Source: Dehalococcoidia bacterium (GTDB lineage Bacteria > Chloroflexota > Dehalococcoidia > UBA6926). From it: a stretch of 64,000 bases of DNA. Location of the stretch: contig JBJKVP010000002.1 in the NCBI GenBank assembly GCA_045562535.1, forward strand, positions 2,814-66,813, given 5' to 3'. Below are positions 1 through 9,205 of the stretch, one piece after another. Numbering within the stretch: position 1 is the stretch's first letter; each line of letters begins with the position of its first letter. Made by a program: the position numbers and the translations under genes. The notes under the pieces are model-generated. The model did not search any database, had not been told where the DNA came from, and saw nothing but the letters and a program-made list of their open reading frames with translations.

Positions 1-40
1 AATATGGTTTCTAAAAATAATGTTCACGTGTTCGATCTGT

Positions 41-117
41 AGGAGCGTAGCTCAGCCTGGAAGAGCGGTGGTCTCCAAAACCATTGGCCGGGGGTTCGAA
101 TCCCTCCGCTCCTGCCA
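41..117 (+). tRNA. tRNA-Trp (CCA)
   Basis: Cloverleaf AGGAGCG...CGCTCCT-G-CCA, anticodon loop CTCCAAA, T-loop GTTCGAATC. Confidence 0.97.
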
Positions 118-168
118 TTAACTCACTACGAACAGTGAGAACTTGTCAGTAGAAATTACAGATAGCGA

Positions 169-750
169 TTACAGGAATACAGTACTCAAGATAATGAGCA
201 AGACCATTAGCACCACAAATCCGACACAAAAATAACTCCAAAACATTGCCTTGGATCCGCTACTTCTTTGTCTTTCAGCAAGCTGTGGCTCGTCCAAAAC
301 TACATAAGTTCCCATTAATTTATCGTGTAATGTTTGGTTATACCTATCATAGTATGCCCAGAAAAAACCTAGGCCAAACGGCAAATAACTAAAGACGCTC
401 ACTGAAAGTCGTGTCCACATATGCGCTAACCCTGCGATATCACCGTTAGATCTAACCACTCGCAAGCCTAAAATTCTTGCTGTCCAATCTTGGCCGTTTC
501 TCATTAATATAAGGTCGATTACAAACAGAAATAAACTAATCAGACCAAACAGTGATGAATTAGCCCCAGAAACTAATAACCTAAGGAATATGGCTCCAGT
601 ACGCCGGCGCATAACATGAATGTTTAGGGATTGTGTTACTTCTTGGGCTAAGGTTTCACCAGAGCTTGTTGAGGTACCGCAAGCACCGCAGTATTCTGAT
701 CCTGTGGTTAAGGAAGCACCACAATTTCTACAATATAATTCGGTACTCAT
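169..750 (-). CDS. RDD family membrane protein with N-terminal zinc ribbon
   Basis: CxxC-x10-CxxC N-terminus; LGLRVV and QTLHDKLMGTYVV RDD-type motifs; hydrophobic segments. Confidence 0.8.
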   Translation of the reverse strand: MSTELYCRNCGASLTTGSEYCGACGTSTSSGETLAQEVTQSLNIHVMRRRTGAIFLRLLVSGANSSLFGLISLFLFVIDLILMRNGQDWTARILGLRVVRSNGDIAGLAHMWTRLSVSVFSYLPFGLGFFWAYYDRYNQTLHDKLMGTYVVLDEPQLAERQRSSGSKAMFWSYFCVGFVVLMVLLIILSTVFL

Positions 751-867
751 AGTGACTGCTCTCTTACGGTCATTTAACGATTTGTTGATATAATGTTCTG
801 GCGATTGTATAAGAGAATCAATGTCATTTCAAAGTTAAGGATCTTTGGAGCAGAGAGGATTTACAGT

Positions 868-1758
868 ATGTCTCTCGATACAAATTTAAATAAAACTAAG
901 TATTTAGATAAGGACGAATTAGCGCAAGTTAGATTTATAGTTCAATCTGGCCTAAATACGCAAGATCTAATGGCATCAATAAAAATATATTTATTAAATA
1001 TTGGGAAAAATAAATCGGTACGCCAAATTAACAGGTATATCAAGCAGTATGGTGCATTAAAGACAGAGATTGATAAAAAAGACACCTCAATTGATTGGCA
1101 CGACTTAGCTTATTTTCACGAATTAGGTATAGATAGCAGTCATCTTAATATGATTAGGAATGTTGTTTCGTGGCTAGATAGATGGAGCATTGCGCCACTC
1201 AATCAAGTACCCACATACCGATGGGCACAATGGTGCAGTTATTTGATCACCTATGCAAACGATGTATTAGATAGACCGATAGATTACTGGGCATTGGCAG
1301 AATATTACTTAAGGTTGGATTATGGTATCCAGAATGGAGCAGGTGAAAAATGGGTCAATGCTTTAAAGGGCCGAGATTTTTGGCTGACTCATAGACCGTG
1401 GGTTAGTCCAGAGAGAGAAACTCAATATCTAAATCTCATATCAGAAGGTAAGATCGAGCCTCTAACCAATTTGGAAAAATCGACAACTGATATAACAACT
1501 ATTGGTCACAAAGATAAGAATGGAGACACGTTCGTTGTATCTGCTAAGCATGCTTCTGTTGCCGACGTGATGACTCGGCTAAATACCGATAAATTGTGGG
1601 ATCTTCCGAGTAATCAATTGGTGCATTGGCACAAAACGCGTACTGAAAATGAAGAGCCAACGAGTTGGGTACTTGCCACAGCATCTCCAGTTGCTTGGGA
1701 TTCTAGAGGAGATATAACACATAGCGGTATCGTTGAGATTGACTTTTTTTCTGAATAA
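868..1758 (+). CDS. Hypothetical protein (ORF open from 793; ATG 868 has SD GAGAGGA)
   Basis: Long ORF with no recognisable family motif. Confidence 0.7.
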   Translation: MSLDTNLNKTKYLDKDELAQVRFIVQSGLNTQDLMASIKIYLLNIGKNKSVRQINRYIKQYGALKTEIDKKDTSIDWHDLAYFHELGIDSSHLNMIRNVVSWLDRWSIAPLNQVPTYRWAQWCSYLITYANDVLDRPIDYWALAEYYLRLDYGIQNGAGEKWVNALKGRDFWLTHRPWVSPERETQYLNLISEGKIEPLTNLEKSTTDITTIGHKDKNGDTFVVSAKHASVADVMTRLNTDKLWDLPSNQLVHWHKTRTENEEPTSWVLATASPVAWDSRGDITHSGIVEIDFFSE

Positions 1759-1791
1759 CTTTAATTATTAGCAAGTAGTCACCAAAATAAT

Positions 1792-1914
1792 ATGGATAGT
1801 GGAGGATGGAAATTGTTGAAGGAACATGTATATCTGGCAATTGCAGCTTCAATATTTCTTTTTGTATTTATTTTGTTAGCAAAATCTACTGCTTTTGTGA
1901 GATTCATGTTCTGA
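1792..1914 (+). CDS. Possible 40-aa single-pass membrane protein (not in ORF track)
   Basis: Manual translation MDSGGWKLLKEHVYLAIAASIFLFVFILLAKSTAFVRFMF*; one hydrophobic helix; no clear SD. Confidence 0.35.
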   Translation: MDSGGWKLLKEHVYLAIAASIFLFVFILLAKSTAFVRFMF

Positions 1915-2042
1915 AAATATTTTAGTTATTAAATGGATTAAATAATACAAAATCTTATCATTAGATTGATGTATTGGTTTATCATGTAACATGGTATATA
2001 GTTTTTTCGGCTTAATCTGAGAAGAGAAAGAACACGTTATTA

Positions 2043-2129
2043 GCCGAGGTGGTGGAATCGGTAGACACGCTGTCTTGAGGGGGCAGTGGGCGAAAGCTCG
2101 TAGGAGTTCAAATCTCCTCCTCGGCACCA
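2043..2129 (+). tRNA. tRNA-Leu (GAG)
   Basis: GCCGAGG...CCTCGGC-A-CCA, long variable arm, anticodon loop TTGAGGG. Confidence 0.96.
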
Positions 2130-2192
2130 ATAAAAATATCGTACTGGTATTTTTAGCTTGAGCGTAGTAAGCTTTCTTTCTTGATAAAAGAG

Positions 2193-2269
2193 GGCGACGT
2201 ACTCAAGTGGCTTAAGAGGGGGGACTGCAAATCCCCTATTCGTGGGTTCGAATCCCGCCGTCGCCTCCA
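2193..2269 (+). tRNA. tRNA-Cys (GCA)
   Basis: GGCGACG...CGTCGCC-T-CCA, anticodon loop CTGCAAA. Confidence 0.96.
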
Positions 2270-2289
2270 TTAGTGTTCAGAAGGAGTTA

Positions 2290-2556
2290 TTGGCATTGAA
2301 AGGAATATCAGCGAAGAGGGCTCGTAGACAGTCACTCGTACGACGTGAGATCAATAGGCATAGGTCTCGAACGGTTAGGACCGCAATTAGAAATGCTAGA
2401 GAGTCAATACTCTCAAAATCTGATGATGCCAACGAAAACATAAAGCTCGCTTCTATAGCTCTAGATCGAGCTGGCTCCAAGGGAACTATACATCGAAATA
2501 ATGCTGCTAGACGTAAAAGCCGCCTAGCGAAGATGTTGAATTCCAGCGATTCCTAA
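2290..2556 (+). CDS. rpsT: 30S ribosomal protein S20
   Basis: SAKRARRQS...LDRAGSKGTIHRNNAARRKSRL; TTG start after SD AAGGAG (the ORF-track start lies inside tRNA-Cys). Confidence 0.95.
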   Translation: MALKGISAKRARRQSLVRREINRHRSRTVRTAIRNARESILSKSDDANENIKLASIALDRAGSKGTIHRNNAARRKSRLAKMLNSSDS

Positions 2557-2613
2557 ATTTTTCCAGTTATTTTGCCGGTACCAAGCCTGGATTCCTAAAA
2601 GAGGTGATCCTGT

Positions 2614-2973
2614 TTATATTTTAAGCCCTGACTTTGCGGTCTCAGCTATTTTGGCAAAAGCATCGGGATCTCTGACGGCTACGTCTGCTAGAATTTTCCG
2701 ATCTATTTGAACATCCGCTTTTTTTAGACCATTCATAAACTTGCTATATGGCAGCCCATTTATTCTTGCTGCAGCATTTATTCTGGTGATCCAAAGGCGT
2801 CTCATGTCAATTTTCCGCTCTCTCCTGTGTTCATAGGCATATCTGAGAGAGTGTAGAAGAGATTCTTGTGCTCTTTTATGTAGCCTATGGCGCGTACCCC
2901 ATTGGCCTTTCATCGCTTTGATGATTTTTTTATGTCTGCGGCGGGTTTTTGGTCCACCTTTTATACGGGTCAA
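2614..2973 (-). CDS. rplT: 50S ribosomal protein L20
   Basis: RRLWITRINAAAR and IDRKILAD motifs. Confidence 0.98.
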   Translation of the reverse strand: MTRIKGGPKTRRRHKKIIKAMKGQWGTRHRLHKRAQESLLHSLRYAYEHRRERKIDMRRLWITRINAAARINGLPYSKFMNGLKKADVQIDRKILADVAVRDPDAFAKIAETAKSGLKI

Positions 2974-3012
2974 CTTTGTTCTACCTCCTAAAAAATAAAA
3001 CGGTCTAGGCTC

Positions 3013-3219
3013 CTACACACCGTATGGGAGCAATCTTTTCATTCTTCCTTTGTCTGCGTCACTTAACGGGAACTCATCACCATACATTCGTTTGGTGGAC
3101 TTGGGTTTTTTCCGCCTGAGATGACTTTGATGTCCCTTGCGTTTCATGTATTTACCCGAACCGGTCATACTAATTCTCTTCTGGGTTCCCTTGTGGGTCT
3201 TCAGTTTGTACTTCGCCAT
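3013..3219 (-). CDS. rpmI: 50S ribosomal protein L35
   Basis: KLKTHKG...HLRRKK...LLPY; lies between infC and rplT. Confidence 0.96.
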   Translation of the reverse strand: MAKYKLKTHKGTQKRISMTGSGKYMKRKGHQSHLRRKKPKSTKRMYGDEFPLSDADKGRMKRLLPYGV

Positions 3220-3763
3220 TTTTTTCCGTGCCTTTCTCGGCTTTGTTTTTCTTGGTTTTTACCGGGGCTAACACCATGCTTATACCTCTCCCCTCTATTT
3301 GGGGCGGGGTATCCATGCCTGCTATATCTTCAACATTTTCGGACATTTTCCTTAATAGATCAATCGCTAATTCGGGATGAGTCGATTCTCTTCCACGGAA
3401 AACAACAGATACTTTCACTTTATCTCCGTTTGTTATCAACTTTCGAACCGTTCTACTTTTAAAATCAAAATCATGCTGACCAATCTTTGGCCTCATTCTG
3501 ATTTCTCCTAGGGCTTGAGTGTGTTGCGATTTTTTTAGTTCTTTTTCTTTCTTCGATTGTTGATATCTAAATTTACCGTAATCAAGCACTCTACATACTG
3601 GCGGCTGAGAGTTAGGAGAAACCTCCACCAGGTCTAGATCTCGCTCTAAAGCTAGATCGACAGCCTCGCGAACTGACATTACCCCAAGCTTTTCGCCTTC
3701 TTCGGTTACCACGAGAACTTCTCTCGCGATTATCCGGCCGTTTACTCGATAATCTTTCGGTAT
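3170..3763 (-). CDS. infC: Translation initiation factor IF-3 (probable ATA start at 3763)
   Basis: LDLVEVSP, PPVCRVLDYGKFRY, FRGRE motifs; in-frame upstream extension IPKDYRVNGRIIAREVL follows SD AAGGGG. Confidence 0.95.
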   Translation of the reverse strand: MPKDYRVNGRIIAREVLVVTEEGEKLGVMSVREAVDLALERDLDLVEVSPNSQPPVCRVLDYGKFRYQQSKKEKELKKSQHTQALGEIRMRPKIGQHDFDFKSRTVRKLITNGDKVKVSVVFRGRESTHPELAIDLLRKMSENVEDIAGMDTPPQIEGRGISMVLAPVKTKKNKAEKGTEKNGEVQTEDPQGNPEEN

Positions 3764-3805
3764 CGTATTTCCCCTTTTATTTTAATTGGTTGTCCGTAGA
3801 TTGAG

Positions 3806-3835
3806 AATATACACAGCAGCTTTATCCTGCGTCAA
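3806..3835 (-). promoter_or_regulatory. Putative sigma70-type promoter of infC-rpmI-rplT
   Basis: TTGACG-N18-TATATT on minus strand, with TG upstream of -10. Confidence 0.5.
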
Positions 3836-3864
3836 GAGTAATGGCACAGGAAACCATGTATTTT

Positions 3865-6252
3865 CTAATTGATATAACCTTTCTCTCTTCCTTCTTCGAT
3901 CTCTTTTTTGCTTAATCCTATAACATTTTCTAGTATGTACTCGTTATCATCTCCGATCCACGGAGCTTTTACCGCGGCAGAAGCTTGCGAAAGCTCTGGT
4001 ATCCCAGGAAGGCCTTGATGTGATAATACCCCCCATGGTTTATGTTCTGCTTCAACTATGTGGTCACGTGATCTTAGGTGATGATCTTGATATAAATTTT
4101 CCCCATTCATCGCGATTCCGGCAGGTACTCTGACCTTTTGTAATATTGATAAGGCTTGATAAGGCGTGAACGCTTTGGACCAAACTTGAATAACGGCGTC
4201 TAAGTCTTCTCTGTTTTCTGAACGTTTGGTATGAGTCGTGAATTTGGGATCGTTGGCAAGCTCATCGCCGCCGATAGTTTGCGCTAGAGCGATCCATTGC
4301 TCGTCATTCTCACACGCTATAACTATCCAACTGTCATCATATTTGCATTGGTAAGAACCGAAAGGAGATAAGTTCGCAGAAAGAGCTTCAGAAAATCCTA
4401 TACTGCCCCATATTCTGTTATTTATAGTGTAATCGAGGATTGCTGGCCCCATTAATGCTCCTTGACCGTCGATTTGGCATATCTCTATTGTTTGACCATT
4501 ACCTGTAAGGTCTCTATATTCCAAAGCTGCAATTGCCGTTAAAGCTACAAGTCCAGCTCCGACATAATCTGGCAACACTCCTTTTGCATGAGCTTGCATT
4601 GGTGAATCTTCGTGTCCCCAAAGCATCGATAAACCGCTAAATGACTGGAGGTTGTTACCGTATGTAACCCAGGTGTTCAGTGGTCCAGTTTTTCCCATTC
4701 CGGGCATACCGATCTGGATAATATTGGGTGTGATTTTTGATAACTCGGAGTATCCCAACCCCAACCTTTCCATTACGGTTGCGCTAAAATTGTCTACAAC
4801 AAGGTCACTTTTCTCTACAAGTTTTTTGAAAAGCTCTTTACCCTGATCGGTTCTAAGGTCAACTGTGCAGCTTAATTTTGCTCGATTCATATCTGGGAAT
4901 AAAGATCGGTTTGGATCTCTGTTTGCTTCCAAGCTATTTGATTCAACCTTTATAACTTCAGCCCCATAAAAACCTAGAAACATTGTTCCTATTGGTCCCG
5001 CGAACGCTCTTGTCATATCTGCAACTCTAATGTCACTGAGTAGAGATTCACTAGGATCGTTCGTTCGCTTTCCTTCAAAAGGTTTCTTTGGCTTTTGATT
5101 TTCTATTTCATTAATGATTTCTTCTGTGTGCTGTCCAAGCAACGGAGCCCCTTTTGGCTCTACCCAAGGTGTTTCCGATAAAATTGCCGGAGCTCCTGGA
5201 ATTTCGTATTCTCCTACAACAGGATGTGTAACTGATCTGAACCAATTTCTTTCTCTCATATGACGATTCGTAACAAAGTCTTCAAAAGAGTTTAATGGGG
5301 AAACAGCGATGCCGCGTGTCTGTGCTTGTTCCACAAAATCATCTCTGTCAAACTGTTTTATAAAATCTTGTATAAGAATTTGGGCAAGATCCTCATTATC
5401 GGTTCTGTACTGGGAAGAATCCCAATCGTCTCCAGATAGAACTGGATCATCCATCCAATCTCTGGTTAATTTTCTCCAATGCCCCGTCATGAAAATGGCA
5501 AGTTGAACGTAACCCCCGTCTTTTGTTTCGTAAATGCTGGCATTCCCGCCTGAAAGACCTGGACGTTCTACGATTTCACTGCGGTCGCTGTATCTAGCAA
5601 CTGCACTTACACCTGTATAAGTTAGCGCTTCTTGCATAGATAAATCGATTCTTTGTCCGACTCCTATTTTTCTTCGCTTTCTTACTGCTGCGATGCCTAA
5701 ATAAGCACCATGTATCGCAGCAATTTGATAAGTTAATTGACATGGCAAAACCACTGGAGGCCTAGTGTTATCCCCTTGACTCATCATGGCACCCGACATA
5801 GCGGCAACTATCGCATCGTTAGCAGCGAATTGGCTATAGGGTCCTGTTTGTCCAAAATGAGTTAAGGATACAGTTACTAAACCTTCATTTAGCTGAGACA
5901 AAATTTCTTGCCCAAGGCCTATAGAATCTAAATAGCCTGGCGGGGTTGATTCAATTAAAAGGTCAGCATTCTCTAAAAGGGTTTTAAATGTTTTCTTGTG
6001 GTCGTTATCCGCGATATCTAATACCAAGCTTCTTTTATTTAGGTTGGCATTTAGGAAAGGAATACTTCTCTCTTTATCGTTTATGTCTCCTGCAAAAGGA
6101 GGGAGAAGTCGATTCGGATCACCTTCTGGGGGTTCTACCTTTATCACGTTAGCACCCAGCCCGGCTAGGAATCCTGAAGAGTACGCTGCTGCCATTCCTC
6201 CAATTTCGACCACTTTTAAGTGCTCGAGAGCACGCTTAGTAGTTTGTTCCAA
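3865..6252 (-). CDS. Family III (CaiB/BaiF) CoA-transferase, two fused domains
   Basis: Two copies of GAxVIKVE and N(x)KxS motifs plus APLLGQHT; PDY acid residue only in the second domain. Confidence 0.92.
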   Translation of the reverse strand: MEQTTKRALEHLKVVEIGGMAAAYSSGFLAGLGANVIKVEPPEGDPNRLLPPFAGDINDKERSIPFLNANLNKRSLVLDIADNDHKKTFKTLLENADLLIESTPPGYLDSIGLGQEILSQLNEGLVTVSLTHFGQTGPYSQFAANDAIVAAMSGAMMSQGDNTRPPVVLPCQLTYQIAAIHGAYLGIAAVRKRRKIGVGQRIDLSMQEALTYTGVSAVARYSDRSEIVERPGLSGGNASIYETKDGGYVQLAIFMTGHWRKLTRDWMDDPVLSGDDWDSSQYRTDNEDLAQILIQDFIKQFDRDDFVEQAQTRGIAVSPLNSFEDFVTNRHMRERNWFRSVTHPVVGEYEIPGAPAILSETPWVEPKGAPLLGQHTEEIINEIENQKPKKPFEGKRTNDPSESLLSDIRVADMTRAFAGPIGTMFLGFYGAEVIKVESNSLEANRDPNRSLFPDMNRAKLSCTVDLRTDQGKELFKKLVEKSDLVVDNFSATVMERLGLGYSELSKITPNIIQIGMPGMGKTGPLNTWVTYGNNLQSFSGLSMLWGHEDSPMQAHAKGVLPDYVGAGLVALTAIAALEYRDLTGNGQTIEICQIDGQGALMGPAILDYTINNRIWGSIGFSEALSANLSPFGSYQCKYDDSWIVIACENDEQWIALAQTIGGDELANDPKFTTHTKRSENREDLDAVIQVWSKAFTPYQALSILQKVRVPAGIAMNGENLYQDHHLRSRDHIVEAEHKPWGVLSHQGLPGIPELSQASAAVKAPWIGDDNEYILENVIGLSKKEIEEGREKGYIN

Positions 6253-6329
6253 TTTAATACCCCCCTTAACGACGATCGTCCCTCGATAGTCAATACCAAA
6301 ACAAACTGAACTTAGACAATAAGCTTAGA

Positions 6330-8096
6330 TTAGCGACTAGTCAATAATTTAATGGGAAGGCCTATCTCTTCTTTGGAGTACTCAAGGAACTCTGCTAATG
6401 ACTTCTCTCCTAAATTTTCGTTGTTACGTAGTCTTATGGATACTGAGTTGTTCGATTGTTCATTATCTCCGACAATCAACATATAAGGGGTTTTTTGTAA
6501 CTGCCCTTCTCGAATTTTTGCACCCATTCTTTCGCTTCTATCGTCTACGGTCACTCTAAATCCTTCTGCCTCGAGTTTGTTTGCTAATTCTGCTGCATAC
6601 GCATTGTGCCTATCTGCTATAGGAATTATTGTCGCTTGTGTGGGCGATAGCCAAGCCGGAAACGCACCAGCATTATTTTCTATTAAAATCCCCATAAATC
6701 GTTCAAGTGACCCTAGGATCGCTCGATGGATCATAACTGGTCGGTGTGCATTACCGTCCTCACCTATGTACTCAAGGTCAAACCGTTCAGGCATATTGAA
6801 ATCTAGTTGGAATGTACTCAGTTGCCAGTCTCGGCCCAAAGCGTCTGTGGTAAAAAGATCAATCTTTGGCCCATAAAATGCACCTTCGTTTTCAATTTCT
6901 TCAAAATCTTCCCCTGATGAAATTAACGCCGATCTCAAAGCTGTTTCTGCTTGATCCCATATTTCGTCTGCACCAACGCGTTTTTCCGGTCTTAAAGATA
7001 AGGTGAATCGTGGTTTTGATAGGCCAAAAGCCTCATACGTGGTGCGCATCATTTCTAGTAACCGCATAATTTCTTGCTCAATTTGATCTACAGAACAATA
7101 TATGTGAGCGTCATCTTGGGAGAAACTTCGTACGCGAGTTAACCCATGTGTCACACCAGATCGTTCGTACCGATGCAGCCGTCCAAAATCGGCATAGCGC
7201 AGCGGTAAGTTTCTATATGAGTGTAGTTGTGCTTTATATATAACGCAGTGGCCAGGGCAGTTCATTGGTTTTATACCAAATTCTCGTTCGTCTACATTCG
7301 TAAAATACATATTGGTTGCGTAATTGTCATAATGTCCGGATTGTTTCCAAAGATCGGTTGAGTAAATTTGTGGAGAAATTACTTCTTGATATCCATAATG
7401 TTTGTAGGACTCCCTGATAAATTCAATCATTAGGTTGTAGACCGTAGTACCTTTGGGAAGAAAAAATGGGCTAGCTGGTGATATTGGATCGAAAAAGAAA
7501 AGGTCTAATGCTCTACCTACTTTTCTATGATCGAATTTATCAGCTTCTTCTAGTTGTTTTAGGTGTTCATCTAGGTCGGATGAGGATGCAAATAACACCC
7601 CATATATTCGTTGTAATTGAGGCCGATTTTCGTCTGCTCTCCAATAAGCTCCTGCGACTCGAGTGAGTTTGAAATAACCGATCTTATCTGTTGATTCAAC
7701 GTGGGGGCCCTGGCATAGATCTGTAAATCCGTGATGAGTGTAAGTGGAAAGATTTTCATCTGGTATATTCTCTATGATTTCAACCTTATATGGCTGGTCC
7801 GAAAATCTCTGCAAGGCTTCTTTTCTTGTAATTTCACTCCTCTCAAATACCGAGTTTGATTCCATGATTTCTCTCATTCTTTTCTCGATAGATTCCAGAT
7901 CTTCTGGGGTTATCCTTGCTTCGAGATCAAAATCATAATAGAACCCATTTTCTATAGGGGGGCCTATTCCCAACTTGGCTTCGGGGAATAAAGACAGTAC
8001 AGATTCTGCCATGATGTGCGCTGCTGAATGACGCATTTTGATCAAATCTTGGTTTTCGCCCTGGTACTCGTTTTCAATTAAATTTTGGTGTGACAA
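6330..8096 (-). CDS. thrS: Threonine--tRNA ligase (short form, no N-terminal TGS domain)
   Basis: RHSAAH, DLCQGPH, DHRKVG, KPMNCPGH, GAFYGPKID motifs. Confidence 0.98.
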   Translation of the reverse strand: MSHQNLIENEYQGENQDLIKMRHSAAHIMAESVLSLFPEAKLGIGPPIENGFYYDFDLEARITPEDLESIEKRMREIMESNSVFERSEITRKEALQRFSDQPYKVEIIENIPDENLSTYTHHGFTDLCQGPHVESTDKIGYFKLTRVAGAYWRADENRPQLQRIYGVLFASSSDLDEHLKQLEEADKFDHRKVGRALDLFFFDPISPASPFFLPKGTTVYNLMIEFIRESYKHYGYQEVISPQIYSTDLWKQSGHYDNYATNMYFTNVDEREFGIKPMNCPGHCVIYKAQLHSYRNLPLRYADFGRLHRYERSGVTHGLTRVRSFSQDDAHIYCSVDQIEQEIMRLLEMMRTTYEAFGLSKPRFTLSLRPEKRVGADEIWDQAETALRSALISSGEDFEEIENEGAFYGPKIDLFTTDALGRDWQLSTFQLDFNMPERFDLEYIGEDGNAHRPVMIHRAILGSLERFMGILIENNAGAFPAWLSPTQATIIPIADRHNAYAAELANKLEAEGFRVTVDDRSERMGAKIREGQLQKTPYMLIVGDNEQSNNSVSIRLRNNENLGEKSLAEFLEYSKEEIGLPIKLLTSR

Positions 8097-8255
8097 TTAA
8101 TTCAAAGTGTCCTTTCTCTTTTACTATGCAACAGTCTCGTTGTGGAGTCACTTGCTAGACTTATTTTATCCTTTAATTGCTCTAATGGTAATATCAATAA
8201 TAATGCAACCGTGATTATTAGTATTCTAAAATACATGAAAAGGAATTAAATAGCT

Positions 8256-9083
8256 TTGCCAGAATTACCTACAGTGGACGCTTTCCGACGATACTTAATT
8301 AAGGAAAATCTAATAGGAAACTTAATTACTTCGGTAGATGTTAGTTGGCCTCGATCAATTATTTCGCCTCAGAAAGACCTTTTTTTTTCGATGATCAAGG
8401 AGTCTCGCATAATAGGGATCCATCGTAGAGGGAAATGGCTTTTCATTGAACTAGACAAAGGAACCTTGGGTATTCATCTCCGTATGACGGGATCTTTGTT
8501 TGTAATTGAAAAAGTTGATAATAACATACCGTACGTGAGGACTAATTTCTATTTACATGATGACCGTAAACTAGTATTAAGTGACCCCAGAAAATTTGCA
8601 AAACTTTGGTTCGGAACTGAGACAACAGAACTTTTGTCTAACTTAGGGCCCGAACCGTTAAGCGATTCTTTAGAATCGCATATAGACTTCCGGTTTGATG
8701 AATTTTCCAAACATTTTGTTAACAGAAATACCTTTGTAAAGACACTGCTACTTGACCAGCGTGTAGTAGCAGGTATTGGGAACATATACGCTGACGAAAT
8801 ACTTTTGCATTGTGGGTTGTCACCTTTTGTAAAAGCTGCAGAATTACAAGAAATTACGATAAGAGCTATATACGAAAGTATTGTTTCAGTCCTTAGTGAA
8901 GCGATAAAAGAACTAGACACATTGTTAGGGGAAGGTGTGTTACCGGTTGGCAATCAAGAGTCTAAGAATCATTTCAAATTACCGAGGTTTAAGGATGCTG
9001 AATGCCAAATATGTGGATCTAAAGTGTCCTGGATAAAACTTAATGGTAGAGGAACGTATTACTGCGATAGCTGCCAAAAATAG
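8256..9083 (+). CDS. mutM: Formamidopyrimidine-DNA glycosylase
   Basis: MPELP N-terminus, RRGK, HLRMTG, GIGNIYADE, C-terminal Zn finger. Confidence 0.93.
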   Translation: MPELPTVDAFRRYLIKENLIGNLITSVDVSWPRSIISPQKDLFFSMIKESRIIGIHRRGKWLFIELDKGTLGIHLRMTGSLFVIEKVDNNIPYVRTNFYLHDDRKLVLSDPRKFAKLWFGTETTELLSNLGPEPLSDSLESHIDFRFDEFSKHFVNRNTFVKTLLLDQRVVAGIGNIYADEILLHCGLSPFVKAAELQEITIRAIYESIVSVLSEAIKELDTLLGEGVLPVGNQESKNHFKLPRFKDAECQICGSKVSWIKLNGRGTYYCDSCQK

Positions 9084-9205
9084 CTTCAAAATTTATACGT
9101 TCTATATTTAATCATGCACTCTAGGGTTGACAACGTTCATGATAAAATTGAAAATCGTTTTAGACTGAGTTTAAAAATATATCTCTAGAGTGAGGGAATT
9201 TTGTT

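Noticed and set aside
1876-2270. Minus-strand ORFs of 84 and 76 aa
   Set aside because: Antisense translations of tRNA-Leu and tRNA-Cys.
8097-8255. T-box leader for thrS (also checked for ileS)
   Set aside because: Intergenic regions are too short and lack the T-box GGTGGNACC consensus.
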